In this document: one piece after another, positions 59,350-64,000 of the stretch
Position numbering within the stretch: the first letter of the stretch is position 1
Layout: every line of letters starts with the position of its first letter
Source: Verrucomicrobiia bacterium
GTDB lineage: Bacteria; Verrucomicrobiota; Verrucomicrobiia; Limisphaerales; UBA1319
Direction of reading: 5' to 3'
DNA: 64,000 nt
Assembly (NCBI GenBank): GCA_963664225.1
Contig: OY760937.1
Span: forward strand, 4,128,001 to 4,192,000
Notes under the pieces: model-generated
Databases searched by the model: none
Told to the model about the DNA's origin: nothing
The model's input: only the letters and a program-made list of their open reading frames with translations
Position numbers and translations under genes: made by a program

Positions 59350-60492
59350 CTATTTCACAAGTTTCCACTCCCCATTTTCCACTTTCACCATCACCAGTGA
59401 ATTGATATCCAGACCGCAATGGTCGGTGGGGCTGAGGGTGTAAATGCCGCTCACGCCGACATAGCCACTGGTTTTTTCGATCGCGTCGCGCAGGGCGTTG
59501 GGTTCAGTACCGGCTTTTTTGAGGGCTTCAAACACAATTTGCACGGCATCCCAGGCATAGCCGGAATGGGTGCTCATGGCGCCGATTTTGCGATTCTGGA
59601 ATTCTTTTGCAAAATCCAGCACCACAGTTCGTTGGGGATCATTCTCGGGCAATTGATCTCCCACCATGAGTTTTGTGGAGGGCATCGCGGTCCCATTGGC
59701 CGCCTCGCCCGCCAGCTTCACATAGGCGGCATCCGGCTGGCCGTGGCATTGGAATAACGGTATATCGGATGCGTTCTGGCTGGCATTTTTTGCAATCATC
59801 GCTCCCGCCGGGCCAATGGTCCAAACCACGATGGCCTGGGGTTTGGCGGAAGCCAGTTTCATCCATTGCACCGCCATGTCCGTGTCGTTGGGATCGAAGG
59901 ATTCCTGGGCCAGAATTTCGATGCCGTATTTCGCGGCCATGGATTTGAGGCAGGCCTCTCCTTCCTGCCCGAATTTGTCGGAGGCGGTGAGGACGCCGAT
60001 CTTCGTCAGGCCTTTTTCCTTGAGATGGGTGTAAAGCCGCTCGACCGCCGTGCTGGTGCGCTGGGGAGTTTTAAAGACCCATTTGCGCGCGGGATTCACC
60101 GGCGCGTCTCCACCCACGCAGGCCACCATGGGGATTTTGGCCTCCTCGATGGCGTTCATGCAGGCCATGGCCGCCCCGGTGGTTGTGGGGCCAATGACGG
60201 CCACCACCTTGTCCTTGCCCAGTAACCGTTTCAGCGCCACGACCGCCTGCGAAGGCTCGCTTTGCGTGTCGGCCACGATGAGTTCAATCTGGCGTCCATT
60301 TAGGCCGCCGCTTTTATTGATGCGATCCACCATCATTTGCGCCACTTCCTTTGTGGGCGCGCCGATTTGCTGGGCCTTTCCCGACAGGTCGAATAAACCG
60401 CCGATTTTGATCGCCTCTTCGGCGCGGACCGACAGGATTATGAGAAGGGCAGCGCCCACCGTTAAGAACTTATGGATCGAGTGCTTGATCAT
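59350..60492 (-). CDS. LivJ/LivK-type ABC substrate-binding protein
   Basis: Signal peptide, IKIGGLFDLSG, INKSGGLNGRQIEL, YVGVSG. Confidence 0.9.
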   Translation of the reverse strand: MIKHSIHKFLTVGAALLIILSVRAEEAIKIGGLFDLSGKAQQIGAPTKEVAQMMVDRINKSGGLNGRQIELIVADTQSEPSQAVVALKRLLGKDKVVAVIGPTTTGAAMACMNAIEEAKIPMVACVGGDAPVNPARKWVFKTPQRTSTAVERLYTHLKEKGLTKIGVLTASDKFGQEGEACLKSMAAKYGIEILAQESFDPNDTDMAVQWMKLASAKPQAIVVWTIGPAGAMIAKNASQNASDIPLFQCHGQPDAAYVKLAGEAANGTAMPSTKLMVGDQLPENDPQRTVVLDFAKEFQNRKIGAMSTHSGYAWDAVQIVFEALKKAGTEPNALRDAIEKTSGYVGVSGIYTLSPTDHCGLDINSLVMVKVENGEWKLVK

Positions 60493-60615
60493 GGTGATTA
60501 TGGTTTTAAGGGCCGACGCGGACGGTAGAGATCGTCTTTATGACTGTCACGCGAAATTATTTCCGAACGGCACAATCTCAACAAACTCCTGCATGGAACC
60601 CGTACCGCGCAGGCT

Positions 60616-61332
60616 TTACTGGCCCAGATAGGTCTGGCGTACTTCGTCTGAGTCCATGAGGTCTTTGGCGGGACCATTCATGACCACACGGCCATTCTTG
60701 AGCACGTAAGCGCGGTCCGCAACGCGCAGGGCGCCTTGAACGTTTTGCTCCGCGAGCACGATGGCCAGGCCTGAGTCCCTGAGCTGTCGGATTTGATTGA
60801 ACATCGCGGCCACGAGCAGCGGCGCCAGGCCGGTGGACGGCTCGTCCAATAGGAGAACACGCGGAGACCCGGTCAACGCCCTGGCCAGCGCCAGCATCTG
60901 CTGCTGACCGCCGCTCAAACTGCCTGCGCGGTCCTGGAGTTTGGCCTTCAAATCCGGGAAGCGCTCGCAGGCCTGGTCCACGCGCAGGGCCATTTCCGCG
61001 CCCCGGATTTTTTGGGCGTAGCCGCCCATCCGCAAATTTTCGAGGACCGACATGCCGGGGAAGAGTCCGCGTCCCTCAGGCACGAGAGCCAGGCCCTGGG
61101 CCGCAATCCGGTGCGCGGGCCAACCTGCGAGATCACGGTCTTCGAGTTGAATGCGCCCTTCCTGGGGCAGTTCCAGTCCGGCGATGGTTTTGAGCAACGT
61201 GCTTTTGCCCGCGCCATTGGCCCCGAGCAGGGCCACGATCTCCCCCTTTTGAACATTCATCGAGATGCCGTGCAGGACGCGCAGCGGTCCGTAGCCGGAG
61301 CACAAATGAATTACCTTCAGCATGGATTGCAT
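60616..61332 (-). CDS. livF: LivF-type ABC ATPase
   Basis: GANGAGKST, VPEGR, LSGGQQQM, LDEPSTGLAP, EQN. Confidence 0.9.
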   Translation of the reverse strand: MQSMLKVIHLCSGYGPLRVLHGISMNVQKGEIVALLGANGAGKSTLLKTIAGLELPQEGRIQLEDRDLAGWPAHRIAAQGLALVPEGRGLFPGMSVLENLRMGGYAQKIRGAEMALRVDQACERFPDLKAKLQDRAGSLSGGQQQMLALARALTGSPRVLLLDEPSTGLAPLLVAAMFNQIRQLRDSGLAIVLAEQNVQGALRVADRAYVLKNGRVVMNGPAKDLMDSDEVRQTYLGQ

Positions 61333-62099
61333 GAATTACCTCCGACTCCCAGATAAGCCATGCAGACCTTTTCATCCCGCTGAGCTTCCGTTGGCGCGCC
61401 ATCGAAAATCAACGCCCCCCGATCCAGCACCAAAACGCGATGGGCGAGGTTCATCACCAGACTCATGTCGTGCTCGACCAGCAGGATGGTCGTGCCCTGG
61501 TTATGGAGGCGTCGGATGAGGCTGCCCAGAGCCGCAGTCTCGGTGGCGTTGAGGCCCGCCGCCGGTTCGTCGAGCAGCAGCAGGCGCGGTTTCAAGGCCA
61601 TGGCACGGGCGATTTCCACGAGTCGCTGCTGTCCAAATGGAATTCCCCCGGCGGGTTGGTCGGCCAGGGCGTGAACACCGGCCTCCTGCAAAAGGTAGAA
61701 TGCCTTTTTCATTCTCAGCCGTTCCTCGTGCCAGGCACGCGAGGTGGGGAGGCAGGCGCGCAAGAAACCGGTCTGGCCCATGCCCGTCATGACATTATCG
61801 CGAACGGTCATGTTGGGAAACAAACGCACGTTTTGAAAGGTGCGCGCAATGCCCAAGGCACAGGCGTTTTGGGAGGAAGCAATCCTGCCGCCTGCGCAAA
61901 GGATTTCGCCCCGGGTTGGCGTCAGTGCGCCTGCGATCAGATTGAACAGTGTCGTTTTACCCGCGCCATTGGGGCCGATCAGCGCGGCGAGCGAACCTTC
62001 AGGCAAATCAAACGAAACGGCGTCGACCGCGGTGTGCCCCCCGAATTGGCGGGTCACGCTACGGACGGACAACAGGGTCGGCTCGAGGCGATCACTCAC
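61317..62099 (-). CDS. livG: LivG-type ABC ATPase
   Basis: GPNGAGKTT, ARTFQN, FGQQRLVEIARA, LDEPAAG, VEHDM. Confidence 0.9.
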   Translation of the reverse strand: MSDRLEPTLLSVRSVTRQFGGHTAVDAVSFDLPEGSLAALIGPNGAGKTTLFNLIAGALTPTRGEILCAGGRIASSQNACALGIARTFQNVRLFPNMTVRDNVMTGMGQTGFLRACLPTSRAWHEERLRMKKAFYLLQEAGVHALADQPAGGIPFGQQRLVEIARAMALKPRLLLLDEPAAGLNATETAALGSLIRRLHNQGTTILLVEHDMSLVMNLAHRVLVLDRGALIFDGAPTEAQRDEKVCMAYLGVGGNSCNPC

Positions 62100-62201
62100 A
62101 GTATCGAATCAACCGCTCCGTGCCACACGGAACAGCGGCGCTCATTCATAGAGGCAGGGTGTTTGATTGTCAGGTGAAAAGGACTGCGGTTGTGATAAAA
62201 C

Positions 62202-62228
62202 AAAAACGGCGGCCTTTTGAGCCGCCGT
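62202..62228 (-). terminator. Terminator of argG
   Basis: ACGGCGGC/GCCGCCGT stem with an A-run on the left. Confidence 0.65.
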
Positions 62229-62257
62229 CTCGAGAATACATTATTTTATGGGGCGTG

Positions 62258-63496
62258 CTATTTCCTGCCCTTGCGCGCGGCGGCATGAACCTTGGCCGCC
62301 ACTTTCAATCGCAAGCCGTTCAAACGGATGAAGCCTGTGGCGTCATCCTGGTTGTAGGCCTGGGTGGGGTCGGCCTCCATCGTGGCGATCTGGGGGTTGT
62401 AGAGGCTCACGGGGGATTTGCGGCCGGCCGTGATGATGTTGCCCTTGTAGAGCTTCACACGGACGGTGCCGGTCACGTTTTTCTGGCTCTCGGTCACCAG
62501 AGCCTGCAGGGCGAGGCGTTCGGGAGCGAACCAGAATCCGTAGTAAACCAGTTCGGAATAGCGGGGGATCAGGGAATCGCGCAGGTGCATGACCTCGCGG
62601 TCCATGGTCAGGGACTCCATCTGGCGATGGGCGAAATGCAAGATTGCGCCGCCGGGGGTCTCATAAACACCGCGGGATTTCATGCCCACGAAGCGGTTTT
62701 CCACCATATCGACACGTCCGACACCGTGCTTGCCGCCGAGACGATTGAGCGTTTTCATCACGCCCAGCGGGTTCATGCGTTTGCCGTTGACCGCGACGCA
62801 ATTGCCCTGCTCGAAATCCAGGATCACATACTCGGACTTGTTGGGGGCGTCCTCGGGAGAGACGCTCAATTTGTACATTTCCTTGTATTTGGGATCCGAG
62901 GCATCCATCCAGGGATCCTCCATGATGCCGGCCTCGTAGGAAATATGCAGGAGGTTGCGGTCCATGGAATAGGGCTTCTTGGAGCTGGCCTCGACCGGGA
63001 TTTTTTTGTCCTGACAATATTTGATCATCTCGGCCCGTCCCGGAAATTCGCTTCGGAAGGAGGCGTCGCGCCAGGGGGCGATGACTTCCAACTCGGGGGC
63101 CAGGGCGGCGACGGTCAGTTCGAAACGGACCTGGTCGTTGCCTTTGCCGGTGGCGCCATGCGCGACGGCATCCGCCTTCTCCGCACGCGCGATTTCGACC
63201 ATGCGTTTGGCAATCAATGGACGGGCGATGCTGGTGCCCAGGAAATACTGGCCCTCGTAAATCGCCCCGGCCTGCATCATCGGGAAGATGAAGTCACTGG
63301 CGAATTCCTCGCTCAAATCGTCGATGTAGAGCTTGGACGCGCCCGTCTTCATCGCCTTTTGTTTCAGGCCTTTGAGCTCGTCCTCCTGGCCGACATCGGC
63401 GCAAAAGGCGATCATCTCCGCCTGATATTTATCCTTGATCCACGAGAGCAGCACCGAAGTGTCGAGTCCGCCCGAATACGCTAAAACAATTTTCAT
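62258..63496 (-). CDS. argG: Argininosuccinate synthase
   Basis: [39 protein letters not shown]. Confidence 0.98.
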   Translation of the reverse strand: MKIVLAYSGGLDTSVLLSWIKDKYQAEMIAFCADVGQEDELKGLKQKAMKTGASKLYIDDLSEEFASDFIFPMMQAGAIYEGQYFLGTSIARPLIAKRMVEIARAEKADAVAHGATGKGNDQVRFELTVAALAPELEVIAPWRDASFRSEFPGRAEMIKYCQDKKIPVEASSKKPYSMDRNLLHISYEAGIMEDPWMDASDPKYKEMYKLSVSPEDAPNKSEYVILDFEQGNCVAVNGKRMNPLGVMKTLNRLGGKHGVGRVDMVENRFVGMKSRGVYETPGGAILHFAHRQMESLTMDREVMHLRDSLIPRYSELVYYGFWFAPERLALQALVTESQKNVTGTVRVKLYKGNIITAGRKSPVSLYNPQIATMEADPTQAYNQDDATGFIRLNGLRLKVAAKVHAAARKGRK

Positions 63497-63772
63497 AAGT
63501 CAGTTTCCAAACCTTGATCGTCTAAACCAAACCCTAATTAACGCAAATTTACGCCGGTAGAAAAGAATTTATTGCACGTGCGGCAACGGTCGCCGCGCGC
63601 CTTTCTTGCTTTTCACGGGGAGTTTGCCTATTGATAAGCGCATGCTGAACACGAGCGCGCTCGATCCGGCCCGCCTCGCGGGCCATCGAATAATACAGTT
63701 TTGGACCGCGAAAAACGCGCGTTCTGGCCGATTACTGCTGCCCGGGTATGGTGCCTGGTGGATGGGATTGCC

Positions 63773-64000
63773 ATGAAGCCGCGCGTGCTCATTGATTTTT
63801 GCGATTTCCACCCTGGATTCAACAAGGTGGACAATTTTTTCTACAACCTGTTGAAGGACCGGTTCGACCTGTGTATTTGCGACCAGCCGGATTTCTTGAT
63901 TTACGATCTGTTTGGCCAACAGCACAAACTGCACACCGGGGTGCGGATTTTTTTTACGGGTGAATCCAACGCGCCGGACTACTCGGTATGCGACTACGCC
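63773..64000 (+). CDS. GT10 alpha-1,3/4-fucosyltransferase-like protein (3' truncated; not in the ORF track)
   Basis: Manual translation MKPRVLIDFCDFHPGF...PDFLIY...RIFFTGESNAPDYSVCDYA. Confidence 0.75.
   Translation, partial: MKPRVLIDFCDFHPGFNKVDNFFYNLLKDRFDLCICDQPDFLIYDLFGQQHKLHTGVRIFFTGESNAPDYSVCDYA

Overview
A 64 kb GC-rich bacterial chromosome segment, most likely Verrucomicrobiota (Pedosphaera/Limisphaerales-like). That placement is inferred from the dcw gene order with a LysM gene between murD and ftsW, from dapL, and from rpsF-ssb-rplI lacking rpsR. 1-20.4 kb is a dcw cell-wall/division cluster (mraZ to ftsZ) with an extra unknown gene and an FtsZ carrying substituted GTPase motifs. 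20.4-26.2 kb holds housekeeping genes (aguB-like amidase, HU, ABC exporter, hsp20, rpoZ, smpB, rpmB). 26.4-47.8 kb is accessory. It contains secreted glycan-active proteins, an integron gene-cassette array without an integrase (four 99-bp attC sites plus one decayed 100-bp site, an attI-like junction and a Pc-like promoter), GTAG-type REP repeats, and a five-gene operon: vWA / PspA-like / substrate-binding protein fused to OmpA / ABC permease / ABC ATPase. That operon is the best candidate for an undescribed envelope system. 48-64 kb holds lpxK-lpxL-waaF, dapL, prs-rplY-pth-rpsF-ssb-rplI, a Liv-type ABC locus with no permeases, argG and the start of a GT10 fucosyltransferase. No rRNA, tRNA, CRISPR array, transposase or integrase was recognised. 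All calls come from reading motifs by eye; no database searches were run.
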